Positions 1 through 12,250 of a DNA stretch of 64,000 bases are shown here, piece by piece. Origin of the DNA: Rhina ancylostomus (Eukaryota); NCBI GenBank assembly GCA_030265395.1, contig JARFYF010000017.1, forward strand, positions 30,599,684 through 30,663,683, read 5' to 3'. Position 1 is the first letter of the stretch; each line of letters starts with the position of its first letter. The notes under the pieces are model-generated. The model was not told the DNA's origin. It searched no databases and saw nothing but the letters and a program-made list of their open reading frames with translations. Position numbers and translations under genes: made by a program.

Positions 1-640
1 ATACTGGTAGATAAGGTGGTGAAGAAGACATATGGCATTCTTGGACAGGAGACTGAGTACAAGAGTTGGACATCATGTTACAAATTTACAAGGCCGCACC
101 TAGAATATTGTGTAGAATTCTGCTTGCCATACTGGAGTAAGGTTGTGATCAAGCTTGAGACGATGCAGAAAAGATTCACAAGGATGTTGCTGGCACTGAA
201 AGGCTTGAGTTACATGGAAAGACTGGAAAAGCTAGACCTTTTTTCCATGGAGTGAAAGAGGCTGAGGGGTGATCTTATGGAGGTTTATAAAATCATGAGT
301 AGCATAGATAAGGTGAATGGTCATAATCTTTTTCCAGTGTAGGGATGTCTAAATCTAGAGGGCATAGATTTAAGAAGAGAAGGGAAAGACTTAAAGGGGA
401 CCTGAGAGGCAAGTTTTTCCACACAGAATGTGGTGGGTATATGGAATGAGCTGCCAGAGGAAGTGATAGAGGTGGATGCAATTACAATGTTTAAAAGACA
501 TTTGGACAGGTTCATGGATTGGAAAGATTTAAAGAGATATGGGCCAAATGCAAGGACATGGGACAAGCTCAGGAAGGCACCTTGGGCGGCACGGACAAGT
601 TGGGCCAAAGGGCCTGTTTCTGTGCTGCGTAAATCTACAA
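1..640 (+). mobile_element. CR1-clade LINE (HER1-like) 3' fragment: ORF2 C-terminus and 3' UTR
   Basis: Translations RPHLEYCVEFCLPY..KLETMQKRFTRML and VGIWNELPEEVIE..FKRHLDRFM match the CR1 ORF2 C-terminus. Typical tail gggcctgtttctgtgctg. Stops and frameshifts present. Confidence 0.92.
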
Positions 641-759
641 TTTGAAATTTTGTTTGATAACATTCTGATGACCTTGGGTCATTTTGCTACATTAAGGACA
701 CTATAAATGCATTGGTGGTTTTGAAATCCACTTCTGTGATGAAGCCTTTGCTCATCATA

Positions 760-1560
760 TTCTCTTTTCTACATCAGTGTCCATTTTATTTAATTTTACT
801 GAAGAGATTTGGGGCACATTTCTATGTTGAACATGCTGGATATAAGCAAGTTGCTTTGTTATTAGGTGGTAATTCTTGCCATTAAAATGGTAAATGATTT
901 TTGGGAGTCTTAGTTGAGGGAAGAATGGTGAACAGTTGCTGGAAACATTCTGGACTTCTACAAGTAGTACTGGCAGGTCTGGAACTGGAAGAACAGAGAT
1001 CAAGATCTCACCTGAAGGACACCACATCAAAAAATGCAGACGACCAATGAGAGCTTTAAAATTAAGGTACTGCTGCATCAGGAACCAATACAATAAATGA
1101 GTAGAGGGGAAATGCATGCATGATCTGGCCTTGATACACGCTGCGAGCAGAGTTTTACATGAGTTCACATTCTTCAAAATTATCAATCAAAATGTACACT
1201 GATGCAGGGTGGAAGGTGGGAGGCCTTTGGTTTGGAGGTAACAAGGACGTTTCTGAGAGTTTTAACAGCAGATAGGCTGTGGTGGCAGGGAGATGGGTTG
1301 GTATTGAGAAGTTAGTTCAGATGATGAAACAAATAAATGGTCAGATACTCACCATAGAACTAAATACAATACCAAGGTATGGATTGCCCAGTTCAGAGTC
1401 AATGGTGGTCAGGGAGAGACAGATTCAGTGGCTTGAGAACAGCACTTATAAATGAGACCTGAAGAGAATGGCTTTTATCTTTCCAACATTTAGCTAGAAA
1501 TATTCCTGCTTATCCACAGCTGGATGTTGGAAAAGCAGTGTAACAATTAGAAATAGTGAC
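760..1560 (-). mobile_element. Old L2 LINE remnant (3' part of ORF2)
   Basis: Minus translations HLLYWFLMQQYLNFKALI (L2 LHWLPVxQRxxFKIL) and CFSNIQLWISRN..LNVGKIKAILF (L2 CLSDIxxWMSxNFLxLNxxKTE). Confidence 0.75.
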
Positions 1561-1827
1561 TGAGTCCTATGTTCATAGAAATACACTTACAATGCAAGTT
1601 TCTGCTTCCCTTTCCCACAGCTGCATATTTGAATGTTCAACCCCACTTCAGAACTGAAACACCCTGACCAAAATTGCACAATATACAATTGTGATTTTCA
1701 TCTTCTCAGTCTGTCTGCAGCATTCTAAACACTGTTTCAGCAAGATGGGAGTTGCCGCTCTCCTCTCTCCTGGGGTAGAGCTGGATTTCATCGGTGTAGA
1801 CCACAGTCAAGTAAAACCCAGCTAAAG

Positions 1828-2546
1828 TGTTACGAACCAGCAACAAAAGAAACAAACCAAGACATGTATAAGTGTTAAAAACTACTTTATTAATAACTAC
1901 TTATGATAATATGGAAAATAAAAGTAAAAATGGTAGAATGTTAGAAGTAAAAGTGTTAAACCTTGAANNNNNNNNNNNNNNNNNNNNNNNNNNNNNNNNN
2001 NNNNNNNNNNNNNNNNNNNNNNNNNNNNNNNNNNNNNNNNNNNNNNNNNNNNNNNNNNNNNNNNNNNTAGAGAGTATCGTGGCCGTCCACACCAACTACC
2101 TGTTTTCTTCTACAGGTCAACAACCAAGTGAACTCCACTTCTTCGTTTCGACGTGTCTGCCACCCCCTAGAGCATCCGTAACATGGCCGTCCACCCCAAA
2201 TACCTGTTTACCTCTACATGTAACCGACAAAGTGAACTCTACTGGATTACTCTCAACAGTCCATACGTGGATTGCAGTGACAGTCACAGTTATCGTTTCT
2301 CATCCATCGATAGGGAAAACAAGCAGGTGAGCGTCTCTCTCTCTCTCTCTCTTGTGTCTCTCTCTCTCCTTCAAACTGACTCTGACTGGCTGTTCCAACA
2401 ATGTCATGACATCCTTTATCTCTGTTGACATAAGCACCACACACACACAGACACACACACATGCAAGCACGCGCGCGCGCACACACACACACACACACAA
2501 ACCTATCTTAAAGGGACCTTCACTAATATTAACCTAGTCCATAACA
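1828..2546 (-). mobile_element. Solo LTR, probably Gypsy-type
   Basis: Starts TGTTACG and ends CATAACA (terminal inverted repeat 6/7). Flanks AAAG/GAAG look like a 4-bp TSD with one mismatch. Minus-strand AATAAA near 1887. More CpG than flanks. Contains a 100-N gap. Confidence 0.72.
2334..2499. repeat. Compound microsatellites (CT)n and (CA)n/(CG)n inside the LTR
   Basis: (CT)n at 2334-2368; (CA)n..(CG)n(CA)n at 2438-2499. Confidence 0.95.
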
Positions 2547-2789
2547 GAAGTCCAAGGACACAACACAAACCTGAGCCACAAAGTCAGGTTCCATCACACT
2601 TGGGCTGAGTCTAAAGTAAAGCCATACATTGAGAATCAGTTGACCTATCTGTACTCTCCAAGCTACTTTAGAGCAGTCAGCACAGTGTTCAGCTTTGGTG
2701 CATTATACTTATAAACCATTAGCCTGACCAAATCCAACCTAAGTCCAAGTGCATAATTTTTTTTGACCTCCATCCTTACTGCAACACAC

Positions 2790-3390
2790 AGAGTCAGAAC
2801 CAGTTGCGCTTGGGTCACCTAACCAGTGTGCATGTGGAATCTGAGGGGCAACAGAGGATGAGAAATAGGAAGGCCCAAATGATAATTCCTTGGAAGTCTT
2901 CAGAGGACTTGGAGTAGCAGGAGAAGGAGTTACTGCAAATGAGTCCCCAACCATGACCGATAAGGTTAGAATAGAATCGGGGAGAGAAGTACCTCCTGGC
3001 GGAGGGAAGCAATGTTGCAGGATGTTGCATGCAGACTGGGGAGGATGAAATTAACTTATTCACCATGGTCACAGTTGCATAACATTAGAATTTAATAAGG
3101 GACATTTCAGTTCTGAGATAGGTGTTAACATTCAACCACAAAAATTTGGAAGGCAAGAGTACTGCCTCAAACTTTGGAGAGGGAAGTTTGGTCAGAGACA
3201 GCCTCTATCTTAGTGATAACAAAGACCTTGTGGTCCTTGCACTTACTTGTGGCTTGACAGATGGAGTAAACAATGGGAGAAGAAGCAGAATAATTAGAGG
3301 AGTGGGAGAAAATGGAGGAAAATGGAATTGTTCCCAAGGGAAGGCCTGGGAAGCAATGTTAAAGTGTTTTGCTGGTTGTTTATTGTTAAC
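2790..3390 (-). mobile_element. L2 LINE remnant, RT core (likely the same copy as 760-1560)
   Basis: RFYSNLIGHGWGLICSNSFSCYSKSSEDFQGIIIWAFLFLILCCP aligns to L2 WFxSYLSxRxQxIxCNGFSS..GVPQGSILGPLLFLIYxLP, followed by a decayed FHMYADDTQL region. Confidence 0.7.
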
Positions 3391-4156
3391 ATTCTAGCAA
3401 TTCTGCATAAAATATGGGCAGCACAGTGAACATCTTGGTAAAGCATGGTGTTTTATCTTCCAGTAAAACAATCCCTCCCAATACATAAAAAGACTAGTTT
3501 ATTTTCCTGTAAACCCATACCTCCTGTCACACTACGATAAAAATAACAAATCCTGGCTGCCAAGATGGCAGGCGGTGACAGTAACAGGGGAAAAAAAAGT
3601 GATAGCAAACATAAGATGGTAACTCAAAGTGGCAAACATAGATAGAGAAAGCTTTACTCACATGCACATAAACAATTCAAAAATAAAGTGGTACCCACAA
3701 AACATTCTGCAACTGCAATACAATCTTAGAATTTTAATGATTATAGAAACAGATTTTTGACATCACTATTTTCAATACCAGAAAGCTAAAACAGCATAAC
3801 AACATTTAACATGTACTGACAACTTCCAATTTTTTCACGATGTAAACAGTGCAACTTTCAGCATAAATACAAAAGAAAAAATAAAACAAGATGCAAAACA
3901 GTGCTTGAAATATACGGTATCAAAAAGTTTCAAAAGTGAACTTTTATTAGTTAAAGCACTAACTATGGACCATGGTTTCAATTCTGGCTGAGAAATTAGT
4001 AAAACAAACATAAAAACATCATCATCCAGCTCATTGGCAAAAAGACAGAATTGTATTTATATAATACCTTCCACATCTACTTCAGGACAATCTAAGGCAA
4101 TCAGAGATAAGGAAGTACTAATGTAGTGTAGACACAGTTGTAAGAAGTGCAGCAAT

Positions 4157-4290
4157 CATAGAAAATGTATGACACAAAAGAGGCAGTTGCCCCGTCATGT
4201 CTGCGCCAGTCCAGCCTAATGTCATTTTCCTGGATTTGGTCCATGGAACTGCAGATCCTCTTAAAGCATATATCTAAATACTTTTAAATT
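4157..4290 (-). mobile_element. Short CR1 3'-end fragment
   Basis: catagaaaatgtatgacacaaaagaggc..cccgtcatgtctgcgccag resembles the reverse CR1 tail seen elsewhere in the window. Confidence 0.6.
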
Positions 4291-4536
4291 AGTCCACATT
4301 AAGATTCCATAAAAAGTTATGTGGTAACGGCTTGGTAATCTTGTTAGTCATGAGATAAATATTGGTGGGATACTGGGGATGACTCCCCTGCTCTTCAAAA
4401 TAGTCCTTTTGCATCCACCCAAGAAAGAAGACAGGGTTTTCATTTAAAATTGCATCCAAAAATAGGTATTCCCTGGGTCCTGCCACTGGTTCAAGTCCCA
4501 CTGTCTACTTTTTTGTGCTCAACCTCTGAGAGAGGA

Positions 4537-4662
4537 GACATAAGAGAATGCAAATATTGGAATCTGGAGCAAAAACACATTGCTGGAGGAACTCAGGGTG
4601 TCCATTTCCCTCCACAGATGCTGCCTGACCTGCTGAGTTCATCCAGCAGTTATTTTTTTGTG
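4537..4662. mobile_element. PLE-terminus-derived fold-back mini-element (internally deleted)
   Basis: Arms ttgctggaggaactcag / ctgagttcatccagcag; shares ggaatctggagcaa and tccacagatgctgcctgacc with the copies at 11.5 and 30.7 kb. Confidence 0.75.
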
Positions 4663-6884
4663 CTTTTGTGGGGGGGGGGGGGGCTGGAGAGAGTTGGACC
4701 AATGGCAACAGTGTTACCAACTGAGCCACAGCTGACACAGTATATATGATCACTTATAGAATTCATTCAATGTTACATTGGTCAATGAAAGTTCAATGGT
4801 TACTTTCCATACAACAAATGTGCTGATATTAAAAAATCAACTCCAAGTGCCTCTGCAACCAAGTTTTTGAACCAACCCACCCACCATAACATCACATCTA
4901 AAATCAAAGCTAAGAAGAAAGGCTACCTGCTCTGCTATTTCTATGTTCTCCACTTCTCAAGGATCCTCAGCCCCTTTGCCCATTCTCACCTGCTTTAATG
5001 GACAGAATGAAGTAAATTTTCGAAAAGTGATTTGTCACCTGCTTTTGGACACAAAATTTTCTTTCCATTTATTTCAAAGGAAATGAAAGTCTTGTAGATT
5101 CTGTAACNNNNNNNNNNTGGTCAATATGCTCTGTTACTTCAACACGCAACAGTCGGTGAGAATTGTGCCATTCATTGCTGGTCTAGCTCACTAATGCTTG
5201 TTTCACAATATGCACTTTTCCCTTGAAAGAAGCACAATGCCGACACAAACATCATTCATTCAGCCCACTGCAGAACTGTCATGTTAGGTAGCTGTCATGC
5301 ACAGCTGAGCAGAGCATTGGACATGCAGTAAGACTGCAAAATACGAAACAGAACAAAATCTCAAAATAAAACATCATGGAACAAAAGACTATTTCCAAAA
5401 CCACCAGCCCATGTGATAGGATGAAATTTTCTATATATTTGTTTGAGTTGAGGCAATGACACCAGAAACATTTTTATTTTAAAGGAACCAAGATGTTTCC
5501 ACATGCATGGATCTGGAAAATTGTAGTTATAGCACGCTGAAGAATCAGAACAAAATGCTAGTTACTTTTAGTAATAATGATTCTTTATTTACACTATTTA
5601 GGAATATATTCATGGTAGTACCACATATATGATACAGCTGGTGGCAAGTCAACTTTACTGATTCGCTTGGGTTGTTCTGATACTCAACTGTAAATCCAGG
5701 TTGTTAGTACATTTACCGTCAGAACTTCAGCCATTGCACCAAAGCTTTGACATTTTCTTTTTATCAGTGATGTGCTGAAAGAGTGCATGGATTTTTTTTT
5801 CAAACTGTGAGAATGACCTTCCATATCAGAGGCTTTTTTTAAAAAAGGAGTTAGATCAGCACTATTATTATTGCATTCTATTGCTTTTTTGACTTTCCTC
5901 TCTGTCAATCTTCTTCCCTCCTTTCCTGGAGGCACTGAAACCTTCAAATGAATGATTCCAAAGACATTATCCATTACCTTGCCAAAAGAGAAACTATTCG
6001 AGTTGCTAGACAGTCAAGTATTTGTTCCTATTTCCTGAAAGGTCGAGTAATGATGACTTCATGCAGGAACTAGCTTGGAAGCTGCTCTGAAGTTGACAGC
6101 ATGGGGAAGATCACATATGGCCCACATTTTGCAGATGTAATGACAGCAAAACTATTAGCATTCACTGTCATTATACTGTGAAACTGACAGAAACTTTGGG
6201 ATTTCTTGCACGTGCGTTGTTTAACACAGAACTCCCAAAGCTGCTATCAGCAATTCAACACTCTTCCAGAGTTTTGCAACCTTCTCTACTGTAATGAAGA
6301 AAGGAATTGTGGAAACTTTTTTGGTATTCACAAGCTAATTTTTGCTGTAAAATTCCTTAAAAATATTAAGCATGAGGTGGAAAGTGAATTTTCTGTGGTG
6401 TACTGAGCCCTTATTATTGCTCAGCAACCTCTTTGGCACAAAAAAATCTAATATATGTGTGTGGATTTTAATTGACCAAAGTAAACATTTCAAAATAAAA
6501 ACTTTGTAATATAAATTCAGTTGTTATTGTTCAGAAAGACTATTTCTACATTTCAGATTCTTCCTGATTTTTTTATATATGTGTTCCAGTCTTTTTCTTG
6601 CATACTGCACAATGTAATCTGTCAGAATTCAAGGTGACTGGCTGCTTAGCCAACTTAATGTTATCAAGAATACTGCATGTTGGGGATCACTCGTAGATCA
6701 TATTGGCAATAGCGGTTTTAAAGGGATAAGGCTTTAGGTTACAGTTTTTGACTAAAATTTTTGCTACAGATTCAGCAAAATACATATCTTATCATGAATG
6801 CTCAAGTTACATTAACATTATGCCCAAATTACATATTGATGCATTAACAGTTTGCTATAACATTAGGTCTGTAATCAGATCAAG

Positions 6885-7775
6885 GTAATCATACAGGATG
6901 GATTTTCAGTTCATCGTGTCCATGCTGATGACAAAAGAGCTTCTTTAGGTGAATCCTACTTCCCAGCTCCCTGCCTACAGCCCTGCAAGTTGCAGGACAT
7001 CAAGAGTTCACCTGGATACTTTTTAAACGTGGTGAGGGTTTTTGCTTCCAGCACGCTTTCAGGCAGTGGGTTTCATACTACCAACGTCCTTGGGGGAATC
7101 TTTTTTCCCTCAAGTCCACTCTAATCCTTCTACCAATTAACTCAAATATATGCCTCTAGTTATTGAGCATCTGTAAAGCAAATTGGTCTTTCCTATTCAG
7201 CCTGAAGAGTCGCATAATTTCTCAATCTCAATTAAATCTCCTCTTAGCCTCCAAATAAAACAATCTAAGACGAGACAATATCTCCTCATCACTAAAATTC
7301 TTCAGTACTCACAACCTATCTCAAATCTGCTCTGCGCCTCTCCAGAGTGACCACATTCTACTTGTGATGTGGTGACCAGAACTATACATATTATTTGACC
7401 TGTGGGCGAACTAATGCTTTGTATAATTCCAGCATGACTTCCCTGCTCTTACATTCCAAGTCTCTGGCTTCTAACCATCTTATTCACTTGTCCTGCAGTC
7501 TTCAATGATCTATGAGACCTCCCTGTTCCCATTCACTTTTCAGTATCTTGTTATTTATTGTGCATGTTCTTTACTTGTTTACTTTTTCCCAAATGTTTAT
7601 CTCTCACATCACCAGCTTGAATTCTATTTGCCAATTTTTTGCCCACCTGACTGATCCACTGATGTCTCCCTGCAGCCACATTTTCTTCCTCACTATCAAT
7701 TATAACGCAAATTTTAATATCACCTGGAAACCTTTTAATCATGGTTCCAACATTTAACTTCGGATCCAAAGCCAA
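6885..7775 (-). mobile_element. CR1 LINE fragment (RT C-terminal half to 3' end)
   Basis: KRFPGDIKICVIIDSEEEN.. resembles CR1 KFADDTKIGGVVDSEED; decayed downstream CR1 motifs and tail. Confidence 0.8.
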
Positions 7776-8039
7776 GTCCACATCACAAAAGACAACTACG
7801 TCAAATGACATGAACTCATTGCTTATTTATGTTCTTGCACTGTCAAGATTAATGGCTCCTTCCTTCAAGGCATTTCTCGAAATTATCTTGAGTTAGATTT
7901 ATGCAGTCCATTTAATGTAGCACAACAACCCATGCTACTTCACAGATGGGACCAAAAATGATTTAGGAAGGATGACCAAAATATTTAGTCAAGATTTTAC
8001 AAGAGATTTAAATTCCAGAGCCTACTTNNNNNNNNNNTG

Positions 8040-8860
8040 TACAGTGTGGCAAAAGCTATGGAAAATGGACGGAAGGCAGAATTGGAAGAATGGGGAGCTC
8101 TGGAGGGTTGTGGGGGTGGATAAGGCAACTGGGAATGCAACAGACCAAGGCCACAAAGTGATTTAAGTGTAAGGGTGTCAATTTTAAACAGTAAGCTTTG
8201 GTAGACAGCCGTGTCTATGTAGTGGGAAATGCTACAGGATAGCAAAATGAGCAACAGAGTGTGGATGAAACTATGTTTACATGACCAGGGAGAATGAGAG
8301 GCATTGATGAAGGAAAGACATGTTTGATAGTTTCAGCTAGAGGAAACTCTAGGTCAAAAAAAAGGTAGATGCTTGACTGTCAAAGAACATGACAATACAA
8401 CAATAAATTCGACATTGACATTGTAGTAGTGTAGAAGCTGAGGGAATAGAACTGGGTGTTGTCACCAATATGTGAAAGCTGAAGCCATGGTTTCTAATGT
8501 TATTGTTGAGAGCAGTGCTCTCAAGAGAAAAAGGGACTGAGAACAAATCTTTGGGGAACACTGGAACTAAAGGCTTGGGGGCGATGGCAGAAGTGGCTGC
8601 CGTGAGATCTTCCCAAAATCAATTTAGTAACATTGGGATCAAGCCCATCAAGCTGGACAAGAGTGAAAAGGTGTTAGCGGATGGTGGAATCAAAATGGAG
8701 ATAGTGGGCCACTATCACAGACACAGCGGGTGTCATTTATGAAATTTAGAACAGCTTCAGTGCTGTAATGAGAGTAGAACTTGACATGACATTCATACAG
8801 AAAACTATGAGGAAAATGGGCAAGGAGCTAGGTGGGGGGGGATCAACATGGTAACTACAT
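8040..8860 (-). mobile_element. L2 LINE remnant (RT region)
   Basis: Minus strand gttccccaaagatttgttctcagtccc (VPQxxVLSP) and LNNNIRNHGFSFHI (L2 LGxIIRxHGxSFHxYADD). Confidence 0.72.
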
Positions 8861-11487
8861 ACGGAGTCAACAGTGCTGCTAGTTTGAATAGGAAATAATA
8901 ATTCTTTGCAATTATTCAATCTTAAAAAGCTATTGGTATTGAAGTACAAGGGACCCATGTTGCGAGGGAGGTTTGCATTCCCAGAAAACCATCCATATCA
9001 CAATTTTTCTCAACGCAAAGCCACGTCCAAGTCATCTGCACGTGTCAAGAAACACAAGTTTATAAAAAAAATTGTATTTACTTATTTACTATTCCCCGCA
9101 TAAGTTTAGATTGAATCAACTTTGCATATTACAGAGAAAATAAAAGGATATATCCCCACCACTCAATTTAAATCAATGGAAAACAAGTTGTCCTCGCATT
9201 TGGTTTTTACACTCTTAGCAAGTCTGATTTTCCCCTATTCAATGGGTTCAGATAGTCTAGACACAGGAACAGAAACATCTTTACAATATTTAACTTGTAG
9301 AAATATCTTTGTGCAGTCAATACTGTGAAATATAACCCTTGAAATAACTTATGTTTATTCTGAAAATTAAAAACCATTCGATGGTTCCCTAAAATATCCT
9401 AGTTGTAATTCATGATGCTTCTCAGAAGAACTAAAAATTTATTTTGGTATTTGATATAAATGCTTATGCCAAAATTGAAGGTAGTGTATTGACATGTGGT
9501 GTATTTTTTTCTAACTATATAATAATCTAAATTTTGAGTTTATAGGTTTTGCCAATTTTCAGAAACATCCGTAATTGTTCTCCAAGATCAAAGAGAGTTA
9601 GGGTGTTTTAAAATTTTAAGCTATGAATTTAAAGTCATTTCAAACCCACTAAGACAATACTACTGAAATAAACACTGTTCAGACACACTTAAGATCCACT
9701 TACTGCTTGGACATACGGGCCTCAATACAGTCAAGTGATAATCTATGATGTTATCCTGTTTACATATTGCCAATCTTTTTTAGCATCAGTATTTAAAGTA
9801 TTCAAACTGCCAAATAGCTTTTCTGGGCCAAGAGAGAGCTCATGCAGTTGAATAAAAGCTTCAGGAAACAGAAGTCTTTCAGTACAAAGATTTGGCTGGT
9901 TCAGTCTTATTTTGTATTTTTGATTTTCGCTACCCAAGAGCCAATATATTTCAGAAGAAAAAGAAAACACATAAGCACAATGACTAATGAAACTATTTGG
10001 GACATAGTGAATTAAAACTGCAGTTGATAGTTTTGTTGACAAACTCTTCTAATGGTATCTTATGAATGTTGGTATTTATTCTGGATAACATGCATCCAGT
10101 CTCTTTGAAGCTTCCTGGTATCTGAAGGGCTGGATGTAGACACTCCAGTATTCCATTGTTTAACCTTATAAATATTGTCTGTTGTTATGCATTTTTCATA
10201 ACCAACTATAATAATCAATTGTTCAATTCTGAAGACATGTTAGAAATGTATATAAAACTGATTTTTCATTGCTTGCTTTATTATTTGTTTAATATATAGC
10301 CATATAACAGCGCATAAATTATCCAAACTGAAATTACATTTTATTATGTTGCTTTTCTTACTAATTTTTGTATTTTACTTGTGTTGGTAACAAGATAAAT
10401 ATGATGATGAATACTAAAACAGATGTATGCTCAAGATTATATTCTGGTTTTATCATTGCAAAAATAATGCAGAACTCATTTTCCAAACTTACATAATATA
10501 ATTATTTTGAAATATAAAAGTAGTTTTCTTTTGAGTTTTTGGAATATCTTTTTTTAGCCTGTAGTTTGAAGCATGGCCTAAACGACAGCTGTGAAGGCCT
10601 CTCCCCAGCTCAGCCCTGCAGGAGCTCTAATGTACTTCATTCAGGGGCTGGGAGCTGCTTTTAATCTATCAGCATGACTCCGCAGCTGCTGTAAGCTAGC
10701 TGAAAATGGTCTGCACTTGGGGCTTAACTTTTGTAACCCTTTATGTACAACACATGTTCAAAAATATATCAAAACAGCAAAAAGCTTTGGAAAAATACTT
10801 CAGGATACTGTGTAAACAAATAAAGATGGACAACAATAAAGAAAATTGCAATCTTTTTAATACCCCTACATTTTATCAGATGAATTGTTATGAACTGCCT
10901 AGAAACTCACCTATATCATAACTGCTGATTACGAACAAATAATAGATGTGTGTGCAGTCCTCAGTTGTTCTCCAGCCAGTACGTACATGAGCACACAGTC
11001 ATGAATGTACATGCAAGCCCAAAAACAACTGAGACCACACACAGGGTTGTAATTTGTCCCTGGCCATCTGCTGTACTGTATAATGCACACAGGTTATTCC
11101 CTCTCTCTTCATTTCTGCTTGTGAAAAATGACTTGTGTCACGTCAATGTAAGGTGATTGTACAGGTGAAATAAGCACTGCCCACAAACAATAATAGGGAA
11201 GACTGGTTGGCACACTGTCTTTCAGTGGTAGGATTAAATTGAGTTCAAGTCCAGTGCAGAATCGAAGTGATGAATGGCTCCTCCCATTCAAAGATTTTAT
11301 GGTGAAATGCAATTGGAATGTCTCCACCTGTAATTTTATGGGTTGACAGCACCAAGTCAGTCCTAAACTGGCACATAAAGGTTGCACAACAAAGGGCACA
11401 GCAGCAGAATTTTTATTTGAATGGTGCATCACTAGAGAAGACAAGAGAATCTACCATACACTGGCCAATATTTTTCCTAAGCTATGG

Positions 11488-11672
11488 AGACACAAAAGAC
11501 TGCAAATGCTGGAATCTGGAGCAAAAAAAAAGAGCTGTTGGAGGAACTCAGTGGGTTAGGCAGCATCTGGACTGATGAAGGGTCACAAACTGAAATGATG
11601 ACTGTCCATTTCCCTCCACAGATGCTGCCTGACCCATTGAGTTCTGCCATTAGCTTGTTTTTTTTTTGCTGG
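11488..11672. mobile_element. PLE-terminus-derived fold-back mini-element retaining a hammerhead-like core
   Basis: Arms gaactcagtgggttaggcagcatctg / cagatgctgcctgacccattgagttc; central CTGATGA-agggtcacaaact-GAAA at 11572-11595. Confidence 0.8.
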
Positions 11673-11845
11673 ACCTAGGAGATCTTGATGCAGACACTAG
11701 ATGCTTAGAGAGGAAGAATGTTAAATTTACAACAGCAACAACTTCCTCAAAATGGAAGGAGAGCAAATGCTTTGAATATAATGAAGTTCTACAATCACAT
11801 TTTCATATAATGAATTACTCTGGCATTCCTGCATCCTAAACTTGA

Positions 11846-12250
11846 ATTGTGGCTCAGTTGTTTGCATTCTTGCTTGTCAGTTAGAAGAGTGAACACAAGA
11901 TTGAAGCTGAAGTACATTGCCAAAGTAGTACTGCAGTGCTAGAAGTGCCATCTTTTGACTAAATTGTTACACAGTGGCACATTGCTTTCCTCTTGGCTGA
12001 AAGTATATGATCACATGGTCTTATTTTCAATAGTTTTACCTGCTGCCCTGAAAAATATTTATCTATTAACCATACTCACTAAAACTGATTACTTGATTAA
12101 TATTACTTTACTGTTGAAGCTTACTGTATGCAAATTATCCAGCTTCCTATATGACAAGAGTCATTCCATTACAAAAGTACCTTAATGGTTGTACACTGTC
12201 TTAGCATGTACCAAGGTCATGAAAGGAATTATATAATTGCAAAATTTCCT
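11846..12250 (+). mobile_element. Deu-domain SINE, near full length, diverged
   Basis: Head gtggctcagttg; Deu core gtactgcagtgctagaagtgccatcttt..ccctgaaaaatatttatc; tail aggtcatgaaaggaattatataattgcaa. Confidence 0.72.

Larger units (their letters stand above)
4051..4738 (-). mobile_element. Deu-domain SINE (SacSINE1/AmnSINE-like) interrupted by two insertions
   Basis: Reverse tail ttgtatttatataataccttcc; Deu core ataaatattgg..actggggatgactcccctgctcttcaaaatagt; tRNA-like head gtgttaccaactgagccacagctgacac. Confidence 0.78.

Noticed and set aside
16-645. ORFs 16-255 and 430-645 as host genes
   Set aside because: Broken CR1 ORF2 fragments, not cellular genes.
1872-2330. 152-aa ORF and other X-containing ORFs (27468-27789, 51720-52053)
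   Set aside because: They stay open only because they run through N gaps.
3553-3575. CTCF- or YY1-like gccaagatggcaggc
   Set aside because: The CTCF 5' core does not match; a single partial YY1-like match is expected by chance.
5684-6406. ORFs 5684-5974 (-) and 6206-6406 (+)
   Set aside because: No recognisable domain and no convincing splice-site pair.
9743-10170. Minus-strand open frames resembling coding DNA
   Set aside because: No identifiable protein motif; frames interrupted; no good acceptor and donor.
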